Part shown: piece by piece, positions 37,956 to 48,920 of the stretch
Layout of the letters: each line of letters opens with the position of its first letter
Numbering within the stretch: position 1 is the first letter of the stretch
Source of the DNA: Terriglobia bacterium
GTDB lineage: Bacteria; Acidobacteriota; Terriglobia; JAIQFV01
DNA length: 64,000 bases
NCBI GenBank assembly: GCA_020072965.1
Contig: JAIQFY010000006.1
Location: forward strand, 1-64,000
Direction: 5' to 3'
The notes under the pieces: model-generated
What the model saw: the letters and a program-made list of their open reading frames with translations, nothing else
Told to the model about the DNA's origin: nothing
The model's database searches: none
Made by a program: the position numbers and the translations under genes

Positions 37956-39830
37956 CTACTGATTCTCCTGGATGTATTCCAGGGTAGTCCTGTCCCCGCT
38001 TCGGATTTGTGCTGCCAGGGATCGCGCAACGGGCTCTCTCCGTCGCAGGTAACGATCCGCCACGGTTGCCCTTCCTTCGTCGTCTGAATGATCCGCCAGG
38101 CCCTTCAGTAAACGGGCGCCATGAAACAGGGAAAACATCGTGGCGAGCCGTTCGGCGTTCAGCAAGGCATAGCTGAAGTGTTTTAGGTCCTCCCGTGAAA
38201 AGGCCGACTTTCCTTGCCGGATCAGTTGGATCCAACTTAAATCCTTCCCGGCCATCCGGGAGCCTTTCTTTTTTTCGCGAAGAATATCCAGGACCAGGTA
38301 TTGGATTGAGCTCGATATTTCATCTCGAATCGCCAGCAGGTTCTTGGTACCCGCAGCGGCACGCGACTTGGCCGCTTTCAGGGCCAGGCGGCTGCTTAAA
38401 AAGTCTTTCGGGCGGGACATGGCCCAGTTGATCTGGTCCTTGAGCGCCATGAGAGCCTGGATCTGCGAAGTCCCTTCATAGATGGCCGTGATGACCGAAT
38501 TGCGCAAGTGCCGCTCGACTTCATACGATTCGAAAATGCCATAGCCGCCGTGAATCTGGAGGGCCTTCCGGGTGATCTCGACCGCCTTTTCCGCCCCCCA
38601 GTACTTGATCAAGGGAGTCAGCTCGCGGGAGGCATGCTCCAGTTTCTTGACAAGCTGTTTCACTGTCCTGCCTTCGGCTTCAGTCAACTTTCCTTCGGCC
38701 AGGAGTTTCTTCAGGCCGACCCGTCGGTCCTCCATCTGGGTGGCCTCGTAAATCATGGCGCGCAGCGCCCGGATTTCCAGGTCCATATCCAGCAGCATAT
38801 CCGCCACGAGTTCGTGCTGAGCAATGGCCTTCCCCATTTGCCGGCGCTGCCGGCCATAGTCGTAGGCCTTTCGGTAAGCCGCCTGACAAATTCCCAGGGC
38901 CTGAATGCCGACCGCCACACGCGCTTCGTTCATGAACGACAGGATGTACTCCCAGCCCTTGCCCGGTTCTCCAATCAGGTACCCGATCGAGTTATCGAAA
39001 TACTGTTCCAGGGTGGGCGAGCCGCGGAGCGACAACTTGTGTTCCGGTTTCCCGATCTCAAAATTTTTCACGCGTTTGCCGTCACGCTCAATAAAGCGCG
39101 GGACCAAATGCATAGAGAGCCCTTCCAGGCCCTTTGAGTGGGCGTCTGTGCGGGTCAGGACCAGGGCGATGTCGCCGCAACCATTGGTGATAAATTGTTT
39201 TCGCCCGGTGACATGCCAGGCTCCATCGCCGGCATCGACGGCCGAAGTGGTGAGGGCGCCGACGTCGCTCCCGGCTTCCGGTTCCGTCATGGCAACCGAA
39301 CCTGAAATTTCGCCGCTCGCCAATTTAGGGATATATCGTTTTTTGATCTCATCGCTCGCGAATCGAAGCAGCATCATGGCGGGGCTTTGATAAAAAGCGA
39401 GGAAACTGAGGGTGTTGGGACAGGCGGTCGAGATCATTTCAACCATCATGGCATTGACGGTGAATGGAAAGTTCCAGCCCCCCAACTCTTTGGGCAGACT
39501 GACCGCGAGGATTCCGAGTTGCTTCGCCCCTTCGAGATTGCTCACGAGACCCTCGGGAAGGGTGACTTCTCCGTCCTTCCATTGAATCCCTGCTTGGTCG
39601 ATTCCGGCGGCCCGGGGCTCCACTTCCCGGGCACAGAATTCACCCACCAGGCTTAATACTTCCTCGTATTGCTGCCTCGTTTCGTCGACATTAAGCGGAC
39701 CATCGCTCTCTTCGTGCCAAGCCGCAGTGACCTGATTCCAATCGACGGCATGATGAAAATGAAATTGGAGATCCTCGTTTTCAGCAAAGAGATTTTTGGA
39801 GGGCATGAGGGGATCCTTGTTATCCGCCAT
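37956..39830 (-). CDS. Acyl-CoA dehydrogenase with C-terminal extension (long FadE-like)
   Basis: ACAD N/M/C domains with a C-terminal ~200-aa extension. The true start MADNKDPL is at 39830, and the ORF-track N-terminal extension merely reads through the REP pair. Confidence 0.9.
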   Translation of the reverse strand: MADNKDPLMPSKNLFAENEDLQFHFHHAVDWNQVTAAWHEESDGPLNVDETRQQYEEVLSLVGEFCAREVEPRAAGIDQAGIQWKDGEVTLPEGLVSNLEGAKQLGILAVSLPKELGGWNFPFTVNAMMVEMISTACPNTLSFLAFYQSPAMMLLRFASDEIKKRYIPKLASGEISGSVAMTEPEAGSDVGALTTSAVDAGDGAWHVTGRKQFITNGCGDIALVLTRTDAHSKGLEGLSMHLVPRFIERDGKRVKNFEIGKPEHKLSLRGSPTLEQYFDNSIGYLIGEPGKGWEYILSFMNEARVAVGIQALGICQAAYRKAYDYGRQRRQMGKAIAQHELVADMLLDMDLEIRALRAMIYEATQMEDRRVGLKKLLAEGKLTEAEGRTVKQLVKKLEHASRELTPLIKYWGAEKAVEITRKALQIHGGYGIFESYEVERHLRNSVITAIYEGTSQIQALMALKDQINWAMSRPKDFLSSRLALKAAKSRAAAGTKNLLAIRDEISSSIQYLVLDILREKKKGSRMAGKDLSWIQLIRQGKSAFSREDLKHFSYALLNAERLATMFSLFHGARLLKGLADHSDDEGRATVADRYLRRREPVARSLAAQIRSGDRTTLEYIQENQ

Positions 39831-39856
39831 GTAGGGGCGCACAGCTGTGCTCCCCC
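39831..39856. repeat. REP-like palindrome, family 2 (GTAGGGGCGCACAGCTGTGCTCCCC), abutting the acyl-CoA dehydrogenase start codon
   Basis: GTAG hallmark plus an imperfect palindrome. Confidence 0.55.
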
Positions 39857-39882
39857 CGAATTCGGATGTTACCAGGCTGGTT

Positions 39883-39907
39883 GGGGCGCACGGCTGTGCG
39901 CCCCTAC
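39883..39907. repeat. REP-like palindrome, family 2 (GGGGCGCACGGCTGTGCGCCCCTAC), inverted partner of 39831-39856
   Basis: It ends CCCCTAC. The pair lies between fadJ/B-like and the acyl-CoA dehydrogenase gene. Confidence 0.6.
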
Positions 39908-39957
39908 AATCGATCAACTAGCCATAATGCGGCTCTAGAAACGCATTTGCTCCTGAT

Positions 39958-42114
39958 TTACGAATAGAACGATTCCTTAGATTCCGCCATGCGAACGATC
40001 ATTTCCGAGGGTTTAAAGCGGTCTCCCCATTTCTTCTGGAGTGATTCGAGGTTGCGCAATACGTTTTCCAGACCCATTGCATCCATATAGCGAAAAGGCC
40101 CCCCCTGAAAGGGCGGGAATCCCAGGCCCATCACGGCGCCGATATCTCCATCCCGTGGTGAGCGGAGGATGCCCTCCTCCAGGCAACGAGCGCATTCATT
40201 CAGCATCGCCATGGAGAGCCGCGATTGAATGTCGCCCGCGACCACAGGTTTTCGATTTCTTCCACCGGGTAACAGATCGTAGATCGTGGGGTCGACTCCA
40301 ACCTTCCGGACTTCCTCCTTGCGGTTAAGCACGTACTGGTAAAACCCTTTTCGGAGTTTGCGGCCGAGGCGTCCATTCTGAATCAACTGTTCCATGCTGG
40401 AGGGCGGTTTCAGTCGTTCGCCAAACGCCTCCAGCATGATCTTCCCCACTTTTGCCGCGACATCGATGCCGACTTCATCCAGCAGGGTCATGGGCCCCAC
40501 GGGAAACCCGAAATCGATCATGGCCTGGTCCAAGGCTTCCACAGGTGCGCCTTCTTCCAGGATGAAGGAAGCCTCGTTCATGTAGGGGGACAGAATCCTG
40601 GAGGTATAAAACCCCACACCATCGTTGACCACGATGGGGAACTTCCCGATCAACTTCCCATATTCCACGGAGGTGGCAATCGTCTGCTTGGAGGTTTGCC
40701 GGGTGACGATGATCTCGAGCAAAGGCATTTTGTGGACGGGTGAGAAGAAGTGGAGCCCGATGAATTGCTCCGGACGCCTGGAGGCTTCCGCCAGTTTGGC
40801 GATCGAAATCGAAGAGGTGTTTGAGCCCCACACGCAGTCGTCACGAAGATGTGGCTCGACTTCCCGAACCACCTGATGTTTGAGGTCAACATCCTCGATG
40901 ACAGCCTCGATGATCAGACCGCAGGTCGAAAAACTGTTCAACTCGGTTGTGGCGGAGACACGATCCTTCAACTGCTGGAGTTCCAGTCGTGAGATCGACT
41001 TTCTGCGGAAGCGATCATCGAAGACCCTGTAACACGCCGTGAGGCCCTTCAAACAGGCTTCTTCGGAAACATCGCGGAGGCGGGCGTTGACCCCGGCACT
41101 CGAACAAACCGCGGCGATACCCGCTCCCATGAATCCAGCCCCCAGAATGCCCACCGGGGCGACAGCTTGCGGCCGGATGGAAGGGCCATCCATTCCCGGA
41201 TCCTTTTTCAAATCAGTGGTCGCAAAGAAAAGGTGAATCAATTGCCGGCAGGTACTGGTCATGGCGAGATCCCCAAACGCCTTGGATTCCTCCATGTACC
41301 CTTTCACGGGCCCTTGCGATACGCCCGCCCGGATTGCTCCCAGGGCGCGCAAGGGAGCAGGATAATGGCCATGTGTTTTCTCCCGGATCATTTTCTCGGC
41401 CTGGCGGAAGAGCAGCCATCGGCCCACGGGATTGCATTCAAGCGCCCAGGCAAGCAGCCCCTGGGGCCGGTGCCTTCGCGGCCGGATCTTCCCCTCACCG
41501 AGTTCTCCAGCCCGGGTAAGCGCGACGTGGAGGAGCAGGGGACGGGGAACGACCTCGTCGACGATTCCTGTCCGGAGCGCCTGCTGAGGTCTGTAATTAC
41601 GGCCACTGGTCGCAATCTCGATGGCGTTTTGAAGTCCTACAAGGGGGGGCAGGCGTTGGGTTCCACCGGCTCCCGGGAGCAAACCGAGTTTCACTTCAGG
41701 CTGTCCCAGCTGTGTTTTCCTGTCATCGGCACATATCCGGTAATGGCAGGCCAGCGCGACCTCCATGCCACCGCCCAGGCAGGCACCCTGGATGGCAGCC
41801 ACGACCGGGATCTTCATATCCGCAATCTTTTGCAGGAGCCTCTGTCCGGAGCGGGAGGCTTCAGCCGCCTGGCTCGCGGATTCGAACTTCAGGAATTCTT
41901 GGATGTCAGCGCCAGCGATAAAGGTATTCTCCTTGTCGCTGATCAGAACGATCGCCCGAAGGTCGGAGCGATGTCTGAGGTCATCAAAAATCTCTTCGGC
42001 CTCTTGAACCACTGCGGCGGTCAGCTTGTTGACCTTCTCCCCTTCGAGGTCTAAGTGAAGAAGGGCAATCTGGTTTTCATCAACGGATAGTTTGAATGCG
42101 GGCATAAGATTCAT
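39958..42114 (-). CDS. Fatty-acid oxidation complex alpha subunit (enoyl-CoA hydratase + 3-hydroxyacyl-CoA dehydrogenase, FadJ/FadB-like)
   Basis: N-terminal crotonase fold ([22 protein letters not shown]) and 3HCDH NAD-binding motif [14 protein letters not shown]. Confidence 0.9.
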   Translation of the reverse strand: MNLMPAFKLSVDENQIALLHLDLEGEKVNKLTAAVVQEAEEIFDDLRHRSDLRAIVLISDKENTFIAGADIQEFLKFESASQAAEASRSGQRLLQKIADMKIPVVAAIQGACLGGGMEVALACHYRICADDRKTQLGQPEVKLGLLPGAGGTQRLPPLVGLQNAIEIATSGRNYRPQQALRTGIVDEVVPRPLLLHVALTRAGELGEGKIRPRRHRPQGLLAWALECNPVGRWLLFRQAEKMIREKTHGHYPAPLRALGAIRAGVSQGPVKGYMEESKAFGDLAMTSTCRQLIHLFFATTDLKKDPGMDGPSIRPQAVAPVGILGAGFMGAGIAAVCSSAGVNARLRDVSEEACLKGLTACYRVFDDRFRRKSISRLELQQLKDRVSATTELNSFSTCGLIIEAVIEDVDLKHQVVREVEPHLRDDCVWGSNTSSISIAKLAEASRRPEQFIGLHFFSPVHKMPLLEIIVTRQTSKQTIATSVEYGKLIGKFPIVVNDGVGFYTSRILSPYMNEASFILEEGAPVEALDQAMIDFGFPVGPMTLLDEVGIDVAAKVGKIMLEAFGERLKPPSSMEQLIQNGRLGRKLRKGFYQYVLNRKEEVRKVGVDPTIYDLLPGGRNRKPVVAGDIQSRLSMAMLNECARCLEEGILRSPRDGDIGAVMGLGFPPFQGGPFRYMDAMGLENVLRNLESLQKKWGDRFKPSEMIVRMAESKESFYS

Positions 42115-42139
42115 GCAGGGCGGGATTGAGCTGTAATTG

Positions 42140-43324
42140 TTAGATGGCTCCCTGGCTTCTGAGGAATGAGATTTCAGGTCTTGAATACCCCAACCGGGTC
42201 AGAATCTCATCGGTATGTTCCCCCAGCTTCGGGGCGGACTGATACACCGGCGCCTCTAAGCCTGAAAACTTCAACGGTGATCCCAGTTGTTTCGAGACTC
42301 CCCCGGACGGAAGAGCGACTTCCTGAAGCATGCCTCGCTGCTGGATTTGTGGGTTTGTAACAACCTCGTCCAGTGAATCCACAGGTTCGCAGCAAACATC
42401 AAGTCCTTCAAACGCAGCCACCCACTCGCCCTGGGTGCGGGAGGCCAAAGTCCCGGCGACTACCTGAAACACCTGCTCGCGCTCATCTCCCGTGGCAAAC
42501 TGCTTTGATGTCAATTCGCGCCGTCCGATCGCTCCACAAAAATTCTCCCAGAATTTAGGTTCGATCGCGCCGAGGGCCAGGAACCTCTCATCCGCCGTCC
42601 GATACACATTGTAAAAGGGGACTGAGCCTGTGAGCTCCATCTTCTCGCCCACCTTCAGCGAATCGCCTGCCATGGTTTGAGAGAAGGCGACCGGGAGCAG
42701 CGCCAGGAGCCCGTCCAGCATCGACACATCGACATGTTTTCCCTCGCCGGATTTTTGTCTCGCGAGGAGGGCGATCAAGATGCCCGCTAGACAGAGCATG
42801 GCCCCGGAAGCCAGGTCGGCTATTTGAATAGGGGGGATGACGGGTGTTCCGCTGGCGTCCGTGTTCAATCCCAGCAGTCCCGCACGGGCAATATAGTTGA
42901 TGTCGTGTCCGGCCCTGTTGCGATAGGGGCCGTTCTGTCCATACCCGGAGATGGAACAGTAGATGAGTCGGGGGTTGTGTTGTTTCAGGCTGTCATAATC
43001 GATCCCCAACCGTGCCGTGACGCTGGGGCGGAAGCTCTCCACCAGGACGTCGGCCTCCCTTGACAACTTCAGAAAGACTTCCTTCGCCCCGGACGATTTC
43101 AGGTTAAGCGTCAACCCTTTCTTGTTGCGGTTCAATTGGAGAAACAGGGCCGATGTCCCGTCCACAAAGGGGGGGCTCAGTCGAACCGGATCCCCCAGCG
43201 CCGGCTCTTCAATTTTGATAACCTGTGCTCCCCAATCTCCCAGCACCATGGTGGCATAAGGCCCCGGCAGGTGGCGTGAAAGGTCAAGGACAGTGAGGTC
43301 ATTTAACATGATGAATTCTGTCAA
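42140..43324 (-). CDS. Family III CoA-transferase (CaiB/BaiF; alpha-methylacyl-CoA racemase / formyl-CoA transferase-like)
   Basis: LxGxxVLDLS...GPxAxxxLxDxGAxVIKIE N-terminal motif and an interlocked-dimer family-III architecture. Confidence 0.85.
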   Translation of the reverse strand: MTEFIMLNDLTVLDLSRHLPGPYATMVLGDWGAQVIKIEEPALGDPVRLSPPFVDGTSALFLQLNRNKKGLTLNLKSSGAKEVFLKLSREADVLVESFRPSVTARLGIDYDSLKQHNPRLIYCSISGYGQNGPYRNRAGHDINYIARAGLLGLNTDASGTPVIPPIQIADLASGAMLCLAGILIALLARQKSGEGKHVDVSMLDGLLALLPVAFSQTMAGDSLKVGEKMELTGSVPFYNVYRTADERFLALGAIEPKFWENFCGAIGRRELTSKQFATGDEREQVFQVVAGTLASRTQGEWVAAFEGLDVCCEPVDSLDEVVTNPQIQQRGMLQEVALPSGGVSKQLGSPLKFSGLEAPVYQSAPKLGEHTDEILTRLGYSRPEISFLRSQGAI

Positions 43325-43344
43325 GGCGTTCCGGCGGGACGTTT

Positions 43345-44649
43345 CTATCTGTCATAGTGCTCGAGCACCATGGCGGCGCCGTGCCCTCCCGCCGCACAGG
43401 CAGTCACCAGGCCAAACTCTGATTGCGTTCGGACCAGCTCGTTTGCCAGGGTCGTGACCATGCGTGCCCCCGTCGCCGCAAAAGGGTGTCCAATGGCGAT
43501 CGAGCCACCATAGCGATTGAGCTTTTCGTAATCGATTTCTCCTATCGGTTCGCTGCGATTCAACTTTTCTTCCGCCCACTTCCTCGATTCAAACATTTTG
43601 ATTGTCGACAGGACAGAGGCGGCGAATGCTTCATGCATCTCGATCGCGGAAAGATCGTCCCACTTGATGGCGGCGCGATCCAGGGCGACGGGGGTGGCAT
43701 AGGCGGGGCCCATCAGCATTTGATCTTTAGGCGAGTGTGCAGAGAACGCGTAGGATCGGACAAAGGCAAGCGGTTTCACGCCGAGGGCCAGGGCCTTCTC
43801 TTCACTCACGAGCATGACTGCGGCAGCGCCGTCGGTCAATGGGCTCGCATTGGCGGCCGTAATCGTTCCATAACGTCGATCGAAGACCGGTTTCAATCCC
43901 GCCATCGATTCCAAGGTGGTGTCGTGTCGAATCACATTGTCTTCCTGCACCACTTTCTTTTCTTCGACAAGGAAAGCGGGCGAGATCTCGCTTCTGAGAA
44001 TACCCTTGCGTTGCGCGGCTGAAGCGCGGATGTGACTGAGGAGAGCAAACTCGTCCTGTTCCTGACGTGAGATCCCGTTGATCTGGGCCATCTGTTCCGC
44101 CGACTGTCCCATCGTGAGTCCGGTCGAGGGTTCCTCCAGCGCCGGGGTATCGGGAATGAAATCCCGAAGTCTGAACTTCAATCCCGTCGTGAGCTTTTCT
44201 CTGAAGCTACGCCCACGATTGAGTTCGAGGAACAGATCCCTGGCATGCTTGCCGAAAGTCAAGGGGACATCCGACAGCGATTCCGCTCCACCCGCCACGA
44301 TGACGTCCGCCCGTCCCGCCGCGATCTGATCGACTCCATTGGCGATGGCCACCAGGGACGAGATGCAGGCCAGGGAAACTGTGTATGCCGGGACTCCGGA
44401 AGGAATTCCGCACCCCAGCGCAATTTCCCGTGCAATATTGGGCATCTTCAGGGCCGGTACGACCACGCCAAAGATCATCTGGTCAATGTGACGCAGGTCG
44501 ATCCCGCTGCGCGCCAGCAGTTCAGTGACTGCAATTTTCCCGAGGTCGACAGCACCGAGGTGTTGGAAATGAGTCCAGGCTTTTATGAACGGGGTCCGAC
44601 ATCCCGCCACGATCGCGGTGCGTCGACCGGGCGAAAGTGAAGGCAGCAT
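43345..44649 (-). CDS. Acetyl-CoA C-acyltransferase (3-ketoacyl-CoA thiolase, FadA/FadI-like)
   Basis: Thiolase active-site regions, including the C-terminal CAAGGHGAAMVLE. Confidence 0.9.
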   Translation of the reverse strand: MLPSLSPGRRTAIVAGCRTPFIKAWTHFQHLGAVDLGKIAVTELLARSGIDLRHIDQMIFGVVVPALKMPNIAREIALGCGIPSGVPAYTVSLACISSLVAIANGVDQIAAGRADVIVAGGAESLSDVPLTFGKHARDLFLELNRGRSFREKLTTGLKFRLRDFIPDTPALEEPSTGLTMGQSAEQMAQINGISRQEQDEFALLSHIRASAAQRKGILRSEISPAFLVEEKKVVQEDNVIRHDTTLESMAGLKPVFDRRYGTITAANASPLTDGAAAVMLVSEEKALALGVKPLAFVRSYAFSAHSPKDQMLMGPAYATPVALDRAAIKWDDLSAIEMHEAFAASVLSTIKMFESRKWAEEKLNRSEPIGEIDYEKLNRYGGSIAIGHPFAATGARMVTTLANELVRTQSEFGLVTACAAGGHGAAMVLEHYDR

Positions 44650-44764
44650 GAATTATTCTCCTGTGGATGATCGCAAGAAGCATAGGGGAAAGAGTTCGGG
44701 CTTTCAAGGGAGGAGTTTTTCTCCATCTGCGATGACTTCCTGTGCCGTACGCTAAGGATGCACG

Positions 44765-44791
44765 CCCCGAGATCCCGGGGACGGTTTTTTT
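44765..44791 (+). terminator. Plus-strand intrinsic-terminator-like hairpin (CCCCG-agatc-CGGGG) + T8 in the gap between the minus-strand fadD-like and thiolase genes
   Basis: Hairpin immediately followed by TTTTTTTT on the plus strand. No plus-strand gene lies upstream, so it may terminate a short plus-strand (antisense or sRNA) transcript. Confidence 0.3.
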
Positions 44792-44825
44792 GAGGCCTCC
44801 TGGTCTTCCGGAGTGTTCCGGGAGA

Positions 44826-46658
44826 TCATGATCGTCCCGTTGGGGCGGCCCGGCTCTCCTCGTAAAGACGGCTGATCTCACGGGAGTATTTCTCAGCGAT
44901 AAATTTCCGCCGCAGCTTGAGCGTCGGAGTCAGCTCACCGGTCGCCTCGGAAAAATCAACCGGAAGGATTCGAAACTTCTTGATTTGCTCAAATCGCGCC
45001 AATTGCTGGTTGACCCGGTTCACGATGTCGGCGATGCGTTCAATGACTTGCGGGTGTTCCGTGAGTTCGCGGTATGTCCCTTCACCCACGCCCAGCCGGC
45101 GAGCCAGCGGGGGGAGTGTTTCAGCGCTCAGCGTCAGAAGGGCCGTCAGGTAGTTGCGCCGATCGCCCACTACCATGGCCTGACTGATGAGGGGGTCGTG
45201 TTTCAGAAGATTTTCGATGTTCTGAGGAGAAATATTCTTTCCGGCGGAAGTAATAATCAGCTCCTTTTTCCGGTCCAGGATGGTGAGAAAACCCTCATCA
45301 TCAATCCGCCCAATATCGCCGGTATGATACCAACCGTCGACCAGGGCTTCTTGTGTGGCCCGAGGGTCTTTGAAATACCCGAGGAAAACATTGCGGCCCC
45401 GAACTAGAATCTCCCCGTCGTCCGCGATTCTCACGTCCACTCCCGGCAACGGCTTCCCCACGGTTCCAAACTTGAAATGGTCAAAATCGCTGACGGTGGT
45501 GGGGGAGGTCGTCTCGGTGGCCCCATACGCTTCAAAGATCGGCAATCCCACAGCATGAAAGAACTCCAGGACTTCCCTCGACAGGGGAGCTCCCCCAGAG
45601 GCGAAGAAACGGAGGCGGCCTCCCAACCGCTTCCGCAGTCTTTGAAAAGCCAACCGGTCTGCCAGCCAGTGCTTGAAACGAAGGCGTGGAGGGAGGGCAA
45701 GTTTCGAGATTTGATAGGGGGTGGCTTCTCGTCCGACCTTGATCGCCCATTGGAACAGCGCCCGTTTAAACCCCGGGCTGGATGCAACCGTTGCCAGGAT
45801 TCGCTCAAGAGCTTTCTCAAAGAAACGCGGGACTCCGGTGACCACTGTCGGGGCCAATTCTGCCAGGTTTTCCGGGACCGTCTCCATCCGTTCCGCATAG
45901 CCGACCTGTGCCCCGAGGTAGACTGGGAGATACAGACTGCCGAGCCGTTCCAAGGCATGAGCCAGGGGGAGGAATGAGAAGAATACATCCCGGTCAGAAA
46001 TCATGTTGAGGTTGGACAGGGTCTCACATACAAACATCAGGTTATCGTGGGCAAGCATGACGCCTTTGGGAGGCCCCGTGGTGCCCGACGTGTAAATGAT
46101 GATCGCGAGCTGCTCCCGGTGCAGCCTGCTGAAGGAGGGGTCCAGATTCACCGGGTGTGCAACCTCGAGCCGCTCTCCTTCCCGGAGGAAATCATCCCAC
46201 AGGATAAGGAAATCGTCTCCGCCGCTCACCCCGGTCGCATCAATGATGACAGCTTTTTCGAGAGATGGAGCCTGGGTACGTATCTCTTTGATTTTTTCAA
46301 GCTGTCTCCGATTTTCTACGACCACCAGCTTGGCCCCGGAATGGCTGAGGATGTGCGCCGTGTCTTTCGGGACGTTGGTGGCATAAATTGAAACTGAGAT
46401 GGCTCCCAAGGTCAGGATAGCCAGATCAACCATCGCCCACTCGGGTCGATTGTTGGAAAGAATAGCGATGACCTCGCCTTCCCGCACCCCCTGATTCGTG
46501 AGGGCTGCCGCGAGATGACGGACCGATCGGCCAAACTCACCCCAGGTGATGTCGATGTAGCGACCGCCGCGCTTCACCCGCAGCGCAGTCTGCTCCGGCC
46601 GGGTGCGCACGTGTTTCCAGAAGGAATGGACAATGGTCGCTTCCGAGGGCATTGGCAA
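44826..46658 (-). CDS. Long-chain-fatty-acid--CoA ligase (AMP-dependent synthetase, FadD-like)
   Basis: AMP-binding motif IIYTSGTTGPPKGVMLAH, plus the downstream adenylation motifs. Confidence 0.9.
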   Translation of the reverse strand: MPMPSEATIVHSFWKHVRTRPEQTALRVKRGGRYIDITWGEFGRSVRHLAAALTNQGVREGEVIAILSNNRPEWAMVDLAILTLGAISVSIYATNVPKDTAHILSHSGAKLVVVENRRQLEKIKEIRTQAPSLEKAVIIDATGVSGGDDFLILWDDFLREGERLEVAHPVNLDPSFSRLHREQLAIIIYTSGTTGPPKGVMLAHDNLMFVCETLSNLNMISDRDVFFSFLPLAHALERLGSLYLPVYLGAQVGYAERMETVPENLAELAPTVVTGVPRFFEKALERILATVASSPGFKRALFQWAIKVGREATPYQISKLALPPRLRFKHWLADRLAFQRLRKRLGGRLRFFASGGAPLSREVLEFFHAVGLPIFEAYGATETTSPTTVSDFDHFKFGTVGKPLPGVDVRIADDGEILVRGRNVFLGYFKDPRATQEALVDGWYHTGDIGRIDDEGFLTILDRKKELIITSAGKNISPQNIENLLKHDPLISQAMVVGDRRNYLTALLTLSAETLPPLARRLGVGEGTYRELTEHPQVIERIADIVNRVNQQLARFEQIKKFRILPVDFSEATGELTPTLKLRRKFIAEKYSREISRLYEESRAAPTGRS

Positions 46659-46704
46659 TACTCAGTTTCGTTGGGTGATAGGAGCTGGATCGAGCAGGAA
46701 GTAT

Positions 46705-46930
46705 ATCAGAAAATCAGCGTTCAAAGTTCATAGTCCAAAGTTCAAAATCAACAGTCCAAAGTCTGAAACCCAGTTCCCAGTTCCCAGTTCAAAGTTGAAA
46801 GTCTAGAATTACACGCTGTGTTCATTTCCGGCCTCCGACTTCTGACCTCCGACTTCCGACTTCTGTCTTCCGGTTCTTTCCTCTGAGAACTGGCAACTGA
46901 GAACTGTCTTCTGGCAACTGCTCTCCTCAA
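46705..46930. repeat. Low-complexity, short-tandem-repeat-rich element A (blocks of TCAAAGTTCA, CAGTTCCC x3, CCGACTTC x4, GAGAACTGGCAACTG x2) in a divergent intergenic region
   Basis: It is an inverted, diverged copy of element B at 56008-56414, with the same block order on the opposite strand. Confidence 0.6.
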
Positions 46931-47036
46931 AAACCCTTTGTGATTTAACACATCCACCGAGTACAATCCCTGCAGCGTCTTCCAGGTTTCGTCCAGAACA
47001 GATCTAAATGATGAAGTGAGAATCCGAGAGGAGCCC

Positions 47037-47423
47037 ATGCCGATCAGCAAACAACTTACGGTGGTACTAGAAAACAAGCCGGGCGCGCTGGCAGAGCTGT
47101 GCACGGAACTCTCTAAGCTTGCGGTCAATATCACAGCGATCATGGCCCCTGAATCAAAATCACAGACCCCCCTCCGCATGGTGACCAGCAGCCACGAGGC
47201 CGCAAAGCGTGTGCTCACGGCCATGAATCTGAAATTCACCGAAGAGTCGGTACTTACTCTGCGGGTCGCGGATCGGCCCGGATCATTGGGACGTCTGACG
47301 CGCAAGCTGGCCGAAAATGATATCAACATCGAGTACATTTATGGGTCCATCGTTAAAGGGATGGGCAAGGCCCTCATCGTGGTGGCGGTATCCGACAACG
47401 AGCGCGCGGCGAAGTTGGTATGA
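47037..47423 (+). CDS. ACT-domain (amino-acid-binding regulatory) protein
   Basis: It has two ferredoxin-like ACT-type halves (VVLENKPGALAELCTEL...; LRVADRPGSLGRLTRKL...). GAGAGGAG SD 4 nt before the ATG at 47037. Confidence 0.65.
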   Translation: MPISKQLTVVLENKPGALAELCTELSKLAVNITAIMAPESKSQTPLRMVTSSHEAAKRVLTAMNLKFTEESVLTLRVADRPGSLGRLTRKLAENDINIEYIYGSIVKGMGKALIVVAVSDNERAAKLV

Positions 47424-47530
47424 TTTCAAACCGGCAACCCAACCACACGGTCGAGTCGCATTGGAGAGGCAATCGGTCGGGGACACCTTGAACCCAAGTC
47501 CGCTGTGCTACCCCCTGAATCCAACTTAGT

Positions 47531-48715
47531 GTGAGGAACGATTGCATGAGTTCCCTTCTTCATTGGCGCAAGGAGTTTCCCGTTCTGGAATCAACCTGCT
47601 ACATGATTTCCAATTCGCTCGGCGCCATGCCACGCAAGACCTACGATGACCTGCGCCAATATGCCGACTCATGGGCTCGGCGTGGTGTCCGCGCCTGGGA
47701 AGAAGCGTGGTGGATGCTTCCCGCTGAGGTCGGAGACCTGATGGCTCCCCTCATTGGGGCCGAGCCCGGGGAAGTGATCATGCAAACCAACGTGACGTTG
47801 ACCCAGGCCCAGATCCTTTCGTGCTTTGAGTTCAAGCCTCCCCGAAACAAGATCGTCTGTGAGGCCATGAATTTTCCCTCCGTCATGTACCTCTACCAGC
47901 AGGCCAGCAGACGGGGGGCTCGCTTCGAAACAGTTCCCAGCCAGGATGGCATCCATACCCCGACCGAGTCGATGCTTCAGGCAATCGACGAGGAAACGCT
48001 GCTGGTACCGATGTCTCATGTGATTTTCAAAAGTGCTTATGTCCAGGACGCCCGCGAGATTATCAACCACGCTCACCGGATGGGCGCGCTGGTCATCCTG
48101 GATGTGTACCAATCTGCCGGAATCATGCCGATCGACGTGAAGGCGCTCAATGTGGATGTGGTCATCGGGGGCTGCTTGAAATGGCTGTGTGGCGGACCCG
48201 GCAATGCGTTCCTTTACGTTCGGCCCGATTTGTACGAAAAGCTGGAACCCGCCCTGACCGGCTGGCTGTCGCACGAGTCTCCATTTAATTTTGAGCCGCC
48301 CCCTATCCGGCGTCGTCACGACGTCTGGCGGTTTTTGTCGGGGACTCCTCCCATTCCGGCACACTATGCGGCCAAGGCTGGCCTCGAGATTATCAATCAG
48401 ATTGGAGTGGCCGCCATCCGCGAGAATTCGATTCGGCAGACCGCCCGGCTGATTGCGCTCGCCGACGAAGCAGGTTTGAAAGTGAATTCTCCTGGGGATC
48501 CTGAACAACGCGGGGGCACGGTCTCGGTTGATCTGCCTGATGCCATGGAGGTGGCTCACGAGCTTGTGCGCCGCGACTTCCTCGTGGATTATCGTCCCGG
48601 AGCCGGCATCCGTTTGTCACCCCACTTTTACAACACGGATGACGAGATCGACGCCGTCGTGGCCGAGATCAAAAAGATTTCCAATACCCGGGTGGTTTCC
48701 TCAACGCAGGGATAA
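47531..48715 (+). CDS. kynU: Kynureninase-like class V PLP-dependent enzyme
   Basis: The N-terminal RNDC..L...FP motif, YMISNSLGAMP (cf. YLDGNSLG), GGCLKWLCGGPGNAFLYV (cf. GCTYKYLNGGPGSQAFVWV) and the size all match kynureninases. The start may instead be ATG 47546. Confidence 0.7.
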   Translation: MRNDCMSSLLHWRKEFPVLESTCYMISNSLGAMPRKTYDDLRQYADSWARRGVRAWEEAWWMLPAEVGDLMAPLIGAEPGEVIMQTNVTLTQAQILSCFEFKPPRNKIVCEAMNFPSVMYLYQQASRRGARFETVPSQDGIHTPTESMLQAIDEETLLVPMSHVIFKSAYVQDAREIINHAHRMGALVILDVYQSAGIMPIDVKALNVDVVIGGCLKWLCGGPGNAFLYVRPDLYEKLEPALTGWLSHESPFNFEPPPIRRRHDVWRFLSGTPPIPAHYAAKAGLEIINQIGVAAIRENSIRQTARLIALADEAGLKVNSPGDPEQRGGTVSVDLPDAMEVAHELVRRDFLVDYRPGAGIRLSPHFYNTDDEIDAVVAEIKKISNTRVVSSTQG

Positions 48716-48920
48716 TCAGGGTCGACGGCCCGACTTACAGCTGGATGCGATTTCACCTGGACGCTGCAGCTCAGCGAATCCGGCATCGAGGGAGAAAATG
48801 TTCTGCTCAGGTTGAATCACCGCTCCGCAGGGGTGGGCAAAGACCAGGATCACCAGTGCATCGCAGGGTTCACAAAGCCTCCACCGATTTTCCGACTTCT
48901 TCTCCAACAAGGACAACAAC

